From Pseudomonadota bacterium (GTDB lineage: Bacteria; Pseudomonadota; Alphaproteobacteria; Rhizobiales; JAKPQE01): DNA of 64,000 nucleotides. The notes below the pieces were generated by a model. That model saw nothing but the letters and a program-made list of their open reading frames with translations. It was not told the DNA's origin and searched no databases. Below, one piece after another: positions 27,464-36,732 of the stretch. The position numbers and the translations under genes were made by a program. The stretch is from assembly GCA_029572955.1 (NCBI GenBank), contig JAKPQE010000179.1:83650-147649 (forward strand), given 5' to 3'. Within the stretch, counting starts at the first letter, position 1. The number at the start of each line of letters is the position of its first letter.

Positions 27464-30205
27464 TCACGCGCTGCGGCGCAAGGGGGCCTCGCCATTGGTG
27501 TCGGCGATCGGTTCGTCGAGCGGCAGCTTGACCTGCGCGATGTTCGGCTCGTCCGGATCGATCTTGGCGTGGAAGCCGAGGCCCTCGCACATCGACAGCA
27601 TGGTCGTGTTCTCGCGCAGCACCTGGCCGTGGATCGAGCGGAAACCTTCCGAGCGGGCATGTTCGATGAGCAGCTTCATCAGCCGCCAGCCGAGGCCCTT
27701 GCCCTTGAGGTCCGAGCGCAAGAGGATCGCGTATTCGCCGGTCTCGCGGTCCGGCTCGGCCGACAGGCGCACGACGCCCATCAGCTCGCCGGTCGCCTCG
27801 TCGAGGGCGAGGAACGCCATGTCGCGCGAATAGTCGATCTGCGTCAGCCGGGCGATGAACTTGTGGCTGAAATCGCGCACCGGCGCGAAGAACCGCAGCC
27901 GCAGGTCTTCCGGCGTCACCCGGGCGAAGAAGTCCGGATAGAGCACCTCGTCCTCGGGCCGGATCGGCCTGACGTCGACGCGCGAGCCATCGCGCAGCTC
28001 CATCTGCCGCTCCCACTGCTTGGGATAGGGCCGGATCGCGAAGCGCGGATTGCTCCAGCCGCCGACCCGCGCCGGCTCGTGCTTGACCGCGATGCGGGCG
28101 TCGAGCGACAGCACGCCGGAATCGTCGGCGACCAGCGGGTTGAGGTCGAGCGAGCGGATTTCCGGAATGTCGGCCGAGAGCTGGGCGAGCTTGACGAGCG
28201 TCAGCGCCACCGCGTTCTCGTCGGCCGCCGGCCGGCCGCGATAGCCCTTCAGCACCCGGCTCACCCGGGTCTGGGCGATGAGATCGTGGGCGAGATGCAT
28301 GTCGAGCGGCGGCAGGGCGAGCGCCTTGTCGGCGATCACCTCGACGGCAAGGCCGCCGCGGCCGAAGACGACGACCGGCCCGAACACCGGATTGTCGGCA
28401 ATGCCGGCAACGAGCTCGACGCCGTTGCGGCGCACGATCATCGGCTGGATCGAGACGCCGTCGATGCGCGCGTCGGGCCGCAGCGTCGGGATGCGCAGCA
28501 GCATCTCGGAGGCGACGAGTTCGGCGACCTCCGGCGTCGTCACGTCGAGCACGACACCGCGCACGTCCGATTTGTTCGGAATGTCGGGCGAGGCGACCTT
28601 GACCGCGCAGGTATTGGACACGGTCAGCACTTTGCGCGCCGCGAGCCGGGCTTCCTCGGGGGTGCGCGCCACCTCGGTCTGCACCATCGGGATGTCGTAG
28701 GCGGCAAGCACCGCCTGCGTCTCGAGCGGCGTCAGCCAGGCCCGGTTGTCGACGAGGGCGCCGGCGACGGCCGCCCGCGCGCTCTCGACGTCCGGGCGGA
28801 ACTCGCTCGGCAGACTCGGCGGCGTCGCCATCAGCTCGTCCTGGGCGTCCGAATAATGGACGAGGTCCATATAGCCGCGGATCGCGCCCGACGGGCTCGG
28901 ATAGCACGGTACGTGCTCGGCCTCGAAGATCGTCCGCGCCTCGTCGTCATGCGACAGCCAGGCGGCGAAGACCGGCTTCGGGTGGATGCGGTTCTTGCGG
29001 TGGCGGCCGACGGCCTCGGCCGCCGCTTCGGCGCATTCGACGCTGGCCCCGAGCATCGAGGGGCAATGCATGACGAGCACGGCGTCGATGTCGGCGTCCT
29101 GCAGCACGATGTCGAGCACCTTGGCGTAACGCTCCGGATCGGCATCGTCGCCGATGTCGATCGGATTGGCGCCGGACCAGCGGCAGGGCAGGAAGGAATC
29201 GAGCGCGGTATGGGTCTCGTCGCCGAGGCAGGCGAGGTGCCCGCCATAGTCGACCAGCCGGTCGACCGCGACGACGCCCATGCCGCCGCCATTGGTGACG
29301 ACCGCGAGGCGCCGACCCTTGAAGGGCTTCAGCAGCGACAGCGTCTGCGCCGCCTCGAAGAGCTCGTGGAGATCGCGCACGCGCAGGAGACCGGCGCGCC
29401 GGAACGCCGCGTCGTAGACCGCATCGGCGGTGGCGAGCGCACCGGAATGGGTCGCCGCCGCGATCGCCGCCTGCTTGTGGCGGCCGCTCTTGATGACGAC
29501 GACGGGGCGCACGCGCGCCGCGGCCCGGGCCGCCGTCATGAAGCGGCTCGCATTGCCGACCCCCTCCATGTAGAGCAGGATCGCGCGGGTACGGTAGTCG
29601 AGGGAGAAATAGTCGAGCAGGTCGCCGACATCGACGTCACCGCTGTTGCCGACCGAGGCGATCGCCGAGAAGCCGACGCCGCTGCCGTTTGCCCATTCGA
29701 CCATCGAGCCGATCACCGAGCCCGACTGCGAAATGAGCGCGAGGTCGCCCTTCGGCACGTTCTCGTGGGCATAGGAGGCGTTGAGCCCGACCGCCGGCAC
29801 CATCACGCCGATCGATTCGGGGCCGAGCAGGCGCAGGCCCGTCTCGCGCGCCGCCTCGACGGCCTCGGCCGCCAGCGCACCGTCACCGCGTGTCAGCCCC
29901 GTCGAGACCACCACCGCGGCGCGCGTGCCGCGCTCGCCGAGGGCGCGCAGGATGCCGGGCACGGTCTCGGCCGGCGAGGCGATGATGCCGAGATCCGGCG
30001 TCACCGGCAGCGCGGCGACATCGGCATGGCAGGACCGGCCTTCGATTTCCGTGTGATTCGGGTTGACCAGATAGAGCGGAACCTTGAGGTTTCCGCGGGT
30101 CAGATTGAGGAGCACGTCGTAGCCGACCTTGCCGGCATTCGGCGTGGCCCCGACGAGCACTACGCTCTTGGGCTGGAACAGAGCGTCGAGATTCTTGAGC
30201 GGCAT
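27464..30205 (-). CDS. Pat/Pka-type protein acetyltransferase (acyl-CoA synthetase-like + ATP-grasp + GNAT)
   Basis: FQPKSVVLVGA, SQSG, TNGGG, NPIDI, ATP-grasp, C-terminal GNAT RLRFF...GKGLG. Confidence 0.93.
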   Translation of the reverse strand: MPLKNLDALFQPKSVVLVGATPNAGKVGYDVLLNLTRGNLKVPLYLVNPNHTEIEGRSCHADVAALPVTPDLGIIASPAETVPGILRALGERGTRAAVVVSTGLTRGDGALAAEAVEAARETGLRLLGPESIGVMVPAVGLNASYAHENVPKGDLALISQSGSVIGSMVEWANGSGVGFSAIASVGNSGDVDVGDLLDYFSLDYRTRAILLYMEGVGNASRFMTAARAAARVRPVVVIKSGRHKQAAIAAATHSGALATADAVYDAAFRRAGLLRVRDLHELFEAAQTLSLLKPFKGRRLAVVTNGGGMGVVAVDRLVDYGGHLACLGDETHTALDSFLPCRWSGANPIDIGDDADPERYAKVLDIVLQDADIDAVLVMHCPSMLGASVECAEAAAEAVGRHRKNRIHPKPVFAAWLSHDDEARTIFEAEHVPCYPSPSGAIRGYMDLVHYSDAQDELMATPPSLPSEFRPDVESARAAVAGALVDNRAWLTPLETQAVLAAYDIPMVQTEVARTPEEARLAARKVLTVSNTCAVKVASPDIPNKSDVRGVVLDVTTPEVAELVASEMLLRIPTLRPDARIDGVSIQPMIVRRNGVELVAGIADNPVFGPVVVFGRGGLAVEVIADKALALPPLDMHLAHDLIAQTRVSRVLKGYRGRPAADENAVALTLVKLAQLSADIPEIRSLDLNPLVADDSGVLSLDARIAVKHEPARVGGWSNPRFAIRPYPKQWERQMELRDGSRVDVRPIRPEDEVLYPDFFARVTPEDLRLRFFAPVRDFSHKFIARLTQIDYSRDMAFLALDEATGELMGVVRLSAEPDRETGEYAILLRSDLKGKGLGWRLMKLLIEHARSEGFRSIHGQVLRENTTMLSMCEGLGFHAKIDPDEPNIAQVKLPLDEPIADTNGEAPLRRSA

Positions 30206-30333
30206 CGCATTGGGTCCGGTTTCATCGATCCGATCGACGCTTCCTCCCAGACCCTTACAGTTTTCTTTTTTGTCTGCTTCCGGGCTCGCATTTTCCGCGA
30301 TCTTTGTAAAGGTCGCGTTGCAGTCCGGCAGTT

Positions 30334-31167
30334 TTAGTGGGCCATGAGCACCGGCACGGGCATCGCCCGCAGCATTTGGCGCGTCGCACCGCCGAGCACG
30401 AACTCGCGGAAGCGGCTCTTGCCGAACCCTCCCATCACGAGAAGGTTGGAGCCGGTCACCTCCACATGCCGTGACAGGGCCATGCCGATGCCATCGCCAT
30501 CGGAGGCGATATGCACCGATTGTGCGGCGATATCGTGGCGGGCGAGATAGGTGACCGGTTCGGTGCAGATGTCGCCGGCCTCGTCGACCGGGTGATCGAC
30601 GGCGACGACCTCGACATGCGCGGCCGAGCGCAGGAAGGGACGGGCGGCGACGAGCGCCCGCGCCGCGGGCTGGCTGCCGTCCCAGCCGACGACGATGCGC
30701 GGGAATTCGGCCGCCGCGGCAAAGCCGAGCGGCACCACCAGCAGCGGCCGCGCGGCGCCGAACAGCACCGCCTCGATCGCCTGTGCACGGCCGGGGTCCG
30801 GCCGGCCGGGATCGTCCTGGCCGATCACGACGAGGTCGGTGAGGCGGCAGACTTCGGCGATGACCTCGGTCATCGCGCCGGCGATCACGGCTTCCTGCCG
30901 GGTCGCCGCGGCAATGCCCGCCGCCTTGGCATAGGATTCGAACCGTCCGACCGCCGCCTTGGCGCGCGCGTCGGCCTGGATCTGCGCCTCGGCAATGATG
31001 TCGACCGGAATGGGCGAGACGAGAAGCGGCGGAATGATCGGCTCGACGGCGAGCGCGAGCCCGGTGAGATGCGCCTTGAAACGCGTTGCCAGTTGCAAGG
31101 CAACCTGGGCCGCCGGCATCGATTCCTCGATGACGTCGAGCACCGCAACGATATCCCTGATCGTCAT
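30334..31167 (-). CDS. universal stress protein (tandem USP)
   Basis: VVGWDGSQPAARA, LLVMGGFGKSRFREFVLGGAT, PVLMAH. Confidence 0.93.
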   Translation of the reverse strand: MTIRDIVAVLDVIEESMPAAQVALQLATRFKAHLTGLALAVEPIIPPLLVSPIPVDIIAEAQIQADARAKAAVGRFESYAKAAGIAAATRQEAVIAGAMTEVIAEVCRLTDLVVIGQDDPGRPDPGRAQAIEAVLFGAARPLLVVPLGFAAAAEFPRIVVGWDGSQPAARALVAARPFLRSAAHVEVVAVDHPVDEAGDICTEPVTYLARHDIAAQSVHIASDGDGIGMALSRHVEVTGSNLLVMGGFGKSRFREFVLGGATRQMLRAMPVPVLMAH

Positions 31168-31244
31168 GGTCTGACCCCCGCAGCGCCGATCGCGTCGGCT
31201 ATCCCCAACGTGGGGAAGCCTATCGGGGAATGCGCCGGGACGTC

Positions 31245-31258
31245 TTGACGCGGGTCAA
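31245..31258. promoter_or_regulatory. FNR/FixK-type box upstream of USP
   Basis: Perfect TTGAC-GCGG-GTCAA, ~78 bp before the USP ATG. Confidence 0.7.
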
Positions 31259-31278
31259 AGTGGAGCCCGCCGGGGCCG

Positions 31279-32178
31279 TCATGCCGCCACGCGTTTCGGC
31301 CGATAGAACACGCTGAGATTGTCGAGCGAGGAGGCGATGTGCTCGACGAGGGCATCGTGCACCGCGTCGCGCGCGCTTTCCGCCCGGATCACCGCGATAT
31401 CGGCCGGCATCAGCGCCGGAAAACCGTCACGATCGCCGAGCCGGCGCATGTCGGGCGTCAGAGCGCTTTCCGGCAGCACGCCGATGGCGAGGCCGGACTG
31501 GACGGCGCCGGCGATCGCCGCCGCGCTCGAGCTCGTATAGGCGATGCGGTAGGGCAGGCCCGCCGCCTCGATCGCCCGTGTCGCCTGACGCCGCCAGGCG
31601 CAACTCTCCGGGCCGACGGCGAGCGGAATCGGATCGACGAAATGGGCCGAATGATGCAGCGAGCCGACGAAGAACAGCGGCTCGCGACGCACGATCCGGG
31701 CATCCTCGATCTGGCTGGCCAATACCTCGCAGAAGGTGACGATGCCGATGTCGAGATCGCCGCGATTGACCTTCTCGGCGACGCTCCGGCTGATGTCGCA
31801 GGTCACGTCGATCTCCAGTGTGGGGTGGGCCCGGTCGAAACTCGCCAGAACCATCGGCAGGATGCGCGGGGCATAGTCGTCGGGCAGGCCGAGCCGCGCC
31901 TTGCCGCGAATTTCGTTCTCGCGGAACACCGCCAGCGTCTCGGCATTCAGCGCCAGCATGCGCCGGGCGTAGTCGAGCAGGGTGACGCCGTGGTCGGTGA
32001 GGCGCGAGCGCCGGCCGTCACGGGTGAAGAGCGGCCGGCCGATCCCTTCCTCGAGGCGCTTCATCTGCATGGAGACGGCGGACTGCGTCCGCCCGACCTT
32101 CTGGGCCGCCTCGGTGAACGACCCCGCCTCGGCAATGGCGACGAAGGTCAGGAGCTGGTCCATGTCGAGGGTCTGCAC
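31279..32178 (-). CDS. LysR-family regulator (LrhA-like)
   Basis: SFTEAAQKVGRTQSAVSMQMKRLE HTH; GLPDDYA. Confidence 0.94.
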   Translation of the reverse strand: MQTLDMDQLLTFVAIAEAGSFTEAAQKVGRTQSAVSMQMKRLEEGIGRPLFTRDGRRSRLTDHGVTLLDYARRMLALNAETLAVFRENEIRGKARLGLPDDYAPRILPMVLASFDRAHPTLEIDVTCDISRSVAEKVNRGDLDIGIVTFCEVLASQIEDARIVRREPLFFVGSLHHSAHFVDPIPLAVGPESCAWRRQATRAIEAAGLPYRIAYTSSSAAAIAGAVQSGLAIGVLPESALTPDMRRLGDRDGFPALMPADIAVIRAESARDAVHDALVEHIASSLDNLSVFYRPKRVAA

Positions 32179-32191
32179 GGCACACCTCATT

Positions 32192-32208
32192 CATCAATGA
32201 TCTTGATG
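32192..32208. promoter_or_regulatory. LTTR recognition dyad between divergent lysR and DUF1127 genes
   Basis: CATCA-N7-TGATG palindrome containing T-N11-A. Confidence 0.6.
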
Positions 32209-32367
32209 GAAACCATTAAAACTATTCGTTGGACCTATCAATAGGGTGTCGGCATTCTCCAGCCATCGGTCGCCTGGTCGGCCGTGTTCATCCACACCCC
32301 TGGAGTCGGCGACGCGGTCCCTGCGGCCGCGTCACCGGTCCCCGCATGTCTCCTGGAGGATCACGAC

Positions 32368-32706
32368 ATGTCTCGTCCGTTCGAGCCCATTTCCGAACCC
32401 GTCATTCCCGCCGCGGCGGCGACCGCCGGCATGGCTCTGTTCGCGCGCGTGACCCGTCAGGTGAAGAACCTCTGGAAAAACTGGCACGATCGCCGTGCCC
32501 TGATGGCGCTCGCCGAGATGCCGCATCGCCAGCTCGCCGATCTCGGCGTGACGCGGGCCGATCTCGATGCCGCGCTGCTCGCCCCGCTGAACGAGAGCCC
32601 GAGCACGATCCTGCGCATCCGCATGACCCGCCGCCGCGCGGCGCTGCGTGCCATCCACCGCGAATCGCAGCTGCTGATGCAGCGCGACCGCGCCCGCATC
32701 GTCTGA
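32368..32706 (+). CDS. DUF1127 domain protein
   Basis: DRRALMALAEMPHRQLADLGVTRADL; GGAGG RBS. Confidence 0.88.
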   Translation: MSRPFEPISEPVIPAAAATAGMALFARVTRQVKNLWKNWHDRRALMALAEMPHRQLADLGVTRADLDAALLAPLNESPSTILRIRMTRRRAALRAIHRESQLLMQRDRARIV

Positions 32707-32726
32707 CCTCGCGCACCGTCGAATCG

Positions 32727-32767
32727 GAAGGGCCGCCGGCTTGCCGCGGGCGGCCCTTCTCCTTTTC
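32727..32767 (+). terminator. terminator between convergent DUF1127 and host-attachment genes
   Basis: GAAGGGCCGCC / GGCGGCCCTTC stem plus T-rich tail. Confidence 0.7.
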
Positions 32768-32815
32768 ACAACCTGCCGGCCGGCGATCACATCGCCCTTG
32801 TCGGGGCGATGGTCC

Positions 32816-33268
32816 TCAGACCGCCATGACCTCGCCGAGATGAGCCTCGAGGTCGGCTGTCGGCAGCTTGGTCAAATCCTTGGCCACTTCGCCGGCGAGC
32901 TTGTCGGCGACGGCGGCGGGCAGCATCGGCCGGAGCGCACCGAGCGCGCGCGGCGCCGCGACCAGCACCAGCCGGTCGTAAGCCTCGGCCTTCGCCGCAT
33001 CGTCCAGCCTGGCTGCAAGCTCTTCGAGAAAGTCCTTCTCGACCGCATCGCGCGGATCGACGCGCGGCTCCATCGCATGGCGTCCGACGCCGTGGCTGTC
33101 GAACGCGCGGGGCGGGCGGTCCGTCGTCATCTCGATCGCGTGGCGACGATCACCGTCCATCGAGAAATCGGGTTCGGCGGCGAGCCCCTTGCCGGGACCA
33201 TCGTTGCGGAAGACGCGCGCCCGCGCCCCATCCGCGACCACCACCCAAGTGACGACCTTGCGAACCAT
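32816..33268 (-). CDS. host attachment (AtsE/baeRF12-like) protein
   Basis: TWVVVADGARARVF, DRPPR, LVLVAAPRALGALR, KDLT. Confidence 0.88.
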   Translation of the reverse strand: MVRKVVTWVVVADGARARVFRNDGPGKGLAAEPDFSMDGDRRHAIEMTTDRPPRAFDSHGVGRHAMEPRVDPRDAVEKDFLEELAARLDDAAKAEAYDRLVLVAAPRALGALRPMLPAAVADKLAGEVAKDLTKLPTADLEAHLGEVMAV

Positions 33269-33355
33269 GGTCTGTTCCTTTTTGTCTTTCCGGAGACATT
33301 TGCCTCCATAGACCTGATGTGGGTCCCGCGGGGGACCGCCGCAAGGGAGCGGCGC

Positions 33356-34513
33356 TCATCCGACCTCGCGCATCACCTCGCGCGCGATGATCAGCCGCTG
33401 GATTTCGCTCGTTCCCTCGTAGATCGTCGTGATCCGGGCGTCGCGGGCGAGCCGCTCGAGCGGATTGTCCTTGAGATAGCCGGCGCCGCCGAAGAGCTGC
33501 AGCGCCGTATAGGTCGCCCGCTGCGCCGCCTCGGTCGAATAGAGCTTGGCCATCGAGGCCGCCTTGGCGAAAGGCCGGCCGGCGTCCTTCAGGAACGCCG
33601 CCTGCAGGATCAGGAGCCGGGCCGCCTCGAGCTCGGTTTCCCGGTCGGCGATCATCCATTGCACGCCCTGCATGTCGGCGATCTTGCGGCCGAACTGCTG
33701 GCGCTCGACGACATAGGCCTTGGCCGCCGCCATCGCCGCCCGGGCGATGCCGAGGGCGAGCGAGGCAATGCCGATGCGCCCGCCGGCGAGTTCGGAAACG
33801 GCGATCCGGAAACCGTCGTTCTCCGTTCCCATCATCGCGTCGGCCGGCAGCCGGCAATCCTCGAAATGCACCTCGTTGGTGGCCGAGCCGTGCTGGCCCA
33901 TCTTGTCCTCGCGCCGGCCGATCGTCATGCCCGGCGTGCCGGCGGGCACGAGGAAGCAGGAAATGCCCTTGCCGCGCGGCGCCGCCTTGTCGGTCACCGC
34001 CCAGACGATGAAGACGCCGGCATATTCGGCGCTCGAGATGTAGAGCTTGGAGCCGTTGAGCACCCAGCCATTGCCCGACCGCTCGGCCCGCGCCGTCATC
34101 GCCGAGGGATCCGAGCCGGCGCCCGCCTCGGTCAGGCAGAAGGCGCCCGCCGGATAGCTGCCGTCGCAGAGCTTCGGCAGATGGGCGCGGCGCTGCTCCT
34201 CGCTGCCGATCGCCTGGATGACCTCGCCGACCATGTTGGTGACCGAGAGGGTGACGCCGGTCGAGGCGCAGGCCGCGCCGATTTCCTCGACCGAAAGCGC
34301 GAAAGACACCGCGCCCGCTTCCGTGCCGCCATAATCGGCCCTCACATTGAGGCCCATGAACCCGTTCTCGGCGAGCAGCTTCAGGTTTTCGAGGAACGCC
34401 TCGCGGCCTTCGCCGCGGTCGAGCATGGCCGCGAGCGGCGCTACCCGGTCGCCCGCGATCCGTCGCGCAGTGTCGCGAATGAGGCTCTGTTCCTCGGAAA
34501 GGTCGAAATCCAT
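33356..34513 (-). CDS. acyl-CoA dehydrogenase
   Basis: FCLTEAGAGSD, GSKLYIS, RQQFG, IYEGTSEIQR. Confidence 0.95.
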   Translation of the reverse strand: MDFDLSEEQSLIRDTARRIAGDRVAPLAAMLDRGEGREAFLENLKLLAENGFMGLNVRADYGGTEAGAVSFALSVEEIGAACASTGVTLSVTNMVGEVIQAIGSEEQRRAHLPKLCDGSYPAGAFCLTEAGAGSDPSAMTARAERSGNGWVLNGSKLYISSAEYAGVFIVWAVTDKAAPRGKGISCFLVPAGTPGMTIGRREDKMGQHGSATNEVHFEDCRLPADAMMGTENDGFRIAVSELAGGRIGIASLALGIARAAMAAAKAYVVERQQFGRKIADMQGVQWMIADRETELEAARLLILQAAFLKDAGRPFAKAASMAKLYSTEAAQRATYTALQLFGGAGYLKDNPLERLARDARITTIYEGTSEIQRLIIAREVMREVG

Positions 34514-34671
34514 GGGGGCGCTCCCGTTGCTGGCGGCGTTCGTCGTCTTTGGACGCCACGATGGCGTCTCGATACCGCGCGGGCAAGCCCCCGCAACCCC
34601 GGGAGCCGCGGCCGGTTGGCTGTCCGCGATTTTTTGCTATTGTCCGCGCCGGATCGACAAGCGAGGCTGAC

Positions 34672-36732
34672 GTGAGCGAGACCGAACGAGACGACGGCAA
34701 GGGCGAGGCCGCAACGCCGGCTGCCGAGGCCGACGAGACCCTCGCCGAAGCGACCCGGAACGAGGCGCCGGAAGCGCCCGCACCGGACGAGCCGGCCGCC
34801 GCCGAGGAGACCGCGGCCGAGATCCCGGAAGAGCTGAAGCCGACCGAAAGCCTCGACGACATGGCCGCCGAGGCCCGCACCGAGATCGCCGACGAGGACG
34901 CCGAGCCCGCGCCGGAAGCCCTCAGCGAGGTTTCCGCAAAGCCTCACGAGGACGAGACTGCGACCGAGGCGGCGCCGGAATCCGATGCGCAAGCCGGGGA
35001 GGGGCCGGACGGCGAGGCAGAGCCGCAGGACGGGGAGGCGGATGCCGCCGCCCCGGCGCCGGCCAAGGGCTGGCCCGGCCGCATCTTCGGCTTCGTCGGC
35101 CGCTCGCGCCTCGTCTCGGCGCCGCTGCTCGTCGTCATCGCCCTCGTCTTCTTCCTGCCGGGCTTCTTCTCGATCCCGCCGGTCGATCGCGACGAGGCGC
35201 GCTTCGCCCAGGCGAGCCGCCAGATGGTCGAGACCAGGGATTTCATCGATATCCGCTTCCAGGCCGAGGCCCGCCACAAGAAGCCGATCGGCATTTACTG
35301 GCTGCAGTCGGCCGCCGCGATCGCCAGCGGCGAGGGCGCCGAGGCGCCGATCTGGGTCTATCGGCTGCCCTCGCTCGCCGGCGCGGTGCTCGCCGTCCTC
35401 CTCACCTGGTGGGCGGCCCTGCCGATCGCCGGCCGCTCCGGGGCGTTTTTCGCCGGCCTGATGATGGCTGCGGCGATCCTGCCCGGTGTCGAGGCGCGCC
35501 TCGCCAAGACCGACGCGGTGCTGCTCGCCTGCCTCATCGCCGCCCAGGGCGGGCTGCTCAGGGCCTTCCTCGTTGCCGAGGGCTACCGGCTGCGCCGCCT
35601 GACGACGACCCTGTTCTGGACCGGCATCGGCCTCGGCATCCTCGTCAAGGGGCCGATCGTGCCGATGGTCACGGGCCTCACCACCCTGACGCTGATGCTG
35701 TTCTCGCGCTCGGTCGGCTGGTTTGCCCGGCTGCGGCCGCTGACCGGCCTGCTCTGGGTGCTGGTCATCGTGCTGCCCTGGCTCGTCGCCATCGGTATCG
35801 TCACCAAGGGCGCCTTCTTCACCGAGGCGCTCGGCAAGGACCTCCTTGCCAAGGTCGGCACCGGCCAGGAGAGCCACGGCGCGCCTCCCGGCACCTATCT
35901 CGCCGCCTTCTGGGGTACGTTCTGGCCGATCGCGCCGTTTTTCGCCCTCGCGGTCCCATTCGTGTGGCGCCACAGGCGCGAGCGCGGCGTACTCTTCACG
36001 CTCGCCTGGATCGTGCCGAGCTGGCTCGTCTTCGAGGCGGTGGCGACCAAGCTGCCGCACTACGTGCTGCCGCTCTATCCGGCCTTCGCCATCCTCACCG
36101 CCGCGGCCCTGTTCCGTGACGAGCTGCAGGTCGATGCCATCTGGAAGAAGCTCGTCGGGCTGCTGGTGCCGCTGGTGCCGGTCGTCCTCGCCGTCGGCGT
36201 TCCGGTCGGCCTCTTCTGGCTCGACGGCACGCTCACCCCAGCCGCGACCGCGCTCACCCTCGTTGCCGCCGTCCTCTCGGTCTTCGCCTGGCGCTACCTC
36301 GCCCGCAACGACGCCGCCTCGGCGCTGGTGACGACCTTCGCCGCCGCCGCCATCCTCTATGCCGGCGTCTACCAGTTCGCCATTCCCGAGGCGCGCAGCA
36401 TCTGGCTCTCGCCGCGCCTCGCCGACGTCGTGCTGCGTTCCGCGCCCTGCCGCGATCCGCAGCTCGCCACCGCCGGCTATCGCGAGCCGAGCCTCGTCTT
36501 CCTGACCCGCACCGACCTTGCCATGGTCAAGGACGACGAGGCCGCCAGCTTCCTTGCCGAAGACGGCTGCCGCGTCGCGTTCGTCGAAGGGCGGGGCGAG
36601 GAAGCGTTCCGCGCCAGGGCGACCGAACTCGGCTTCAATCCGCACCTGCTCGGCCGCGTCGCCGGCCGCAACCTCAATGGCGGCAAGGAACTCGACATCG
36701 GCGTCTTCATGCGGGAAGGCGCCGTTCGATGA
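34672..36732 (+). CDS. ArnT/GT39-family lipid A glycosyltransferase with acidic N-terminal extension
   Basis: DRDEARFAQAS, KPIGIYW, LVKGP, TKLPHYVLPLYP. Confidence 0.9.
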   Translation: MSETERDDGKGEAATPAAEADETLAEATRNEAPEAPAPDEPAAAEETAAEIPEELKPTESLDDMAAEARTEIADEDAEPAPEALSEVSAKPHEDETATEAAPESDAQAGEGPDGEAEPQDGEADAAAPAPAKGWPGRIFGFVGRSRLVSAPLLVVIALVFFLPGFFSIPPVDRDEARFAQASRQMVETRDFIDIRFQAEARHKKPIGIYWLQSAAAIASGEGAEAPIWVYRLPSLAGAVLAVLLTWWAALPIAGRSGAFFAGLMMAAAILPGVEARLAKTDAVLLACLIAAQGGLLRAFLVAEGYRLRRLTTTLFWTGIGLGILVKGPIVPMVTGLTTLTLMLFSRSVGWFARLRPLTGLLWVLVIVLPWLVAIGIVTKGAFFTEALGKDLLAKVGTGQESHGAPPGTYLAAFWGTFWPIAPFFALAVPFVWRHRRERGVLFTLAWIVPSWLVFEAVATKLPHYVLPLYPAFAILTAAALFRDELQVDAIWKKLVGLLVPLVPVVLAVGVPVGLFWLDGTLTPAATALTLVAAVLSVFAWRYLARNDAASALVTTFAAAAILYAGVYQFAIPEARSIWLSPRLADVVLRSAPCRDPQLATAGYREPSLVFLTRTDLAMVKDDEAASFLAEDGCRVAFVEGRGEEAFRARATELGFNPHLLGRVAGRNLNGGKELDIGVFMREGAVR

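Noticed and set aside
27236-30337. 1033-aa plus-strand ORF, and similar long ORFs (19448-21631, 22867-25086, 34441-36735, 8970-10730, 32741-34675)
   Set aside because: Antisense or frame shadows of well-supported genes, expected in high-GC DNA; no recognisable motifs
17419-31258. Integrative element at tRNA-Arg carrying hisG and hyb
   Set aside because: No integrase or transposase, and I saw no duplicated tRNA 3' end (attR); a genomic island cannot be claimed from sequence alone
32706-32816. CcsR/cuckoo-type sRNAs in the DUF1127 3' UTR
   Set aside because: Only a terminator hairpin is present; no CCTCCTCCC loops
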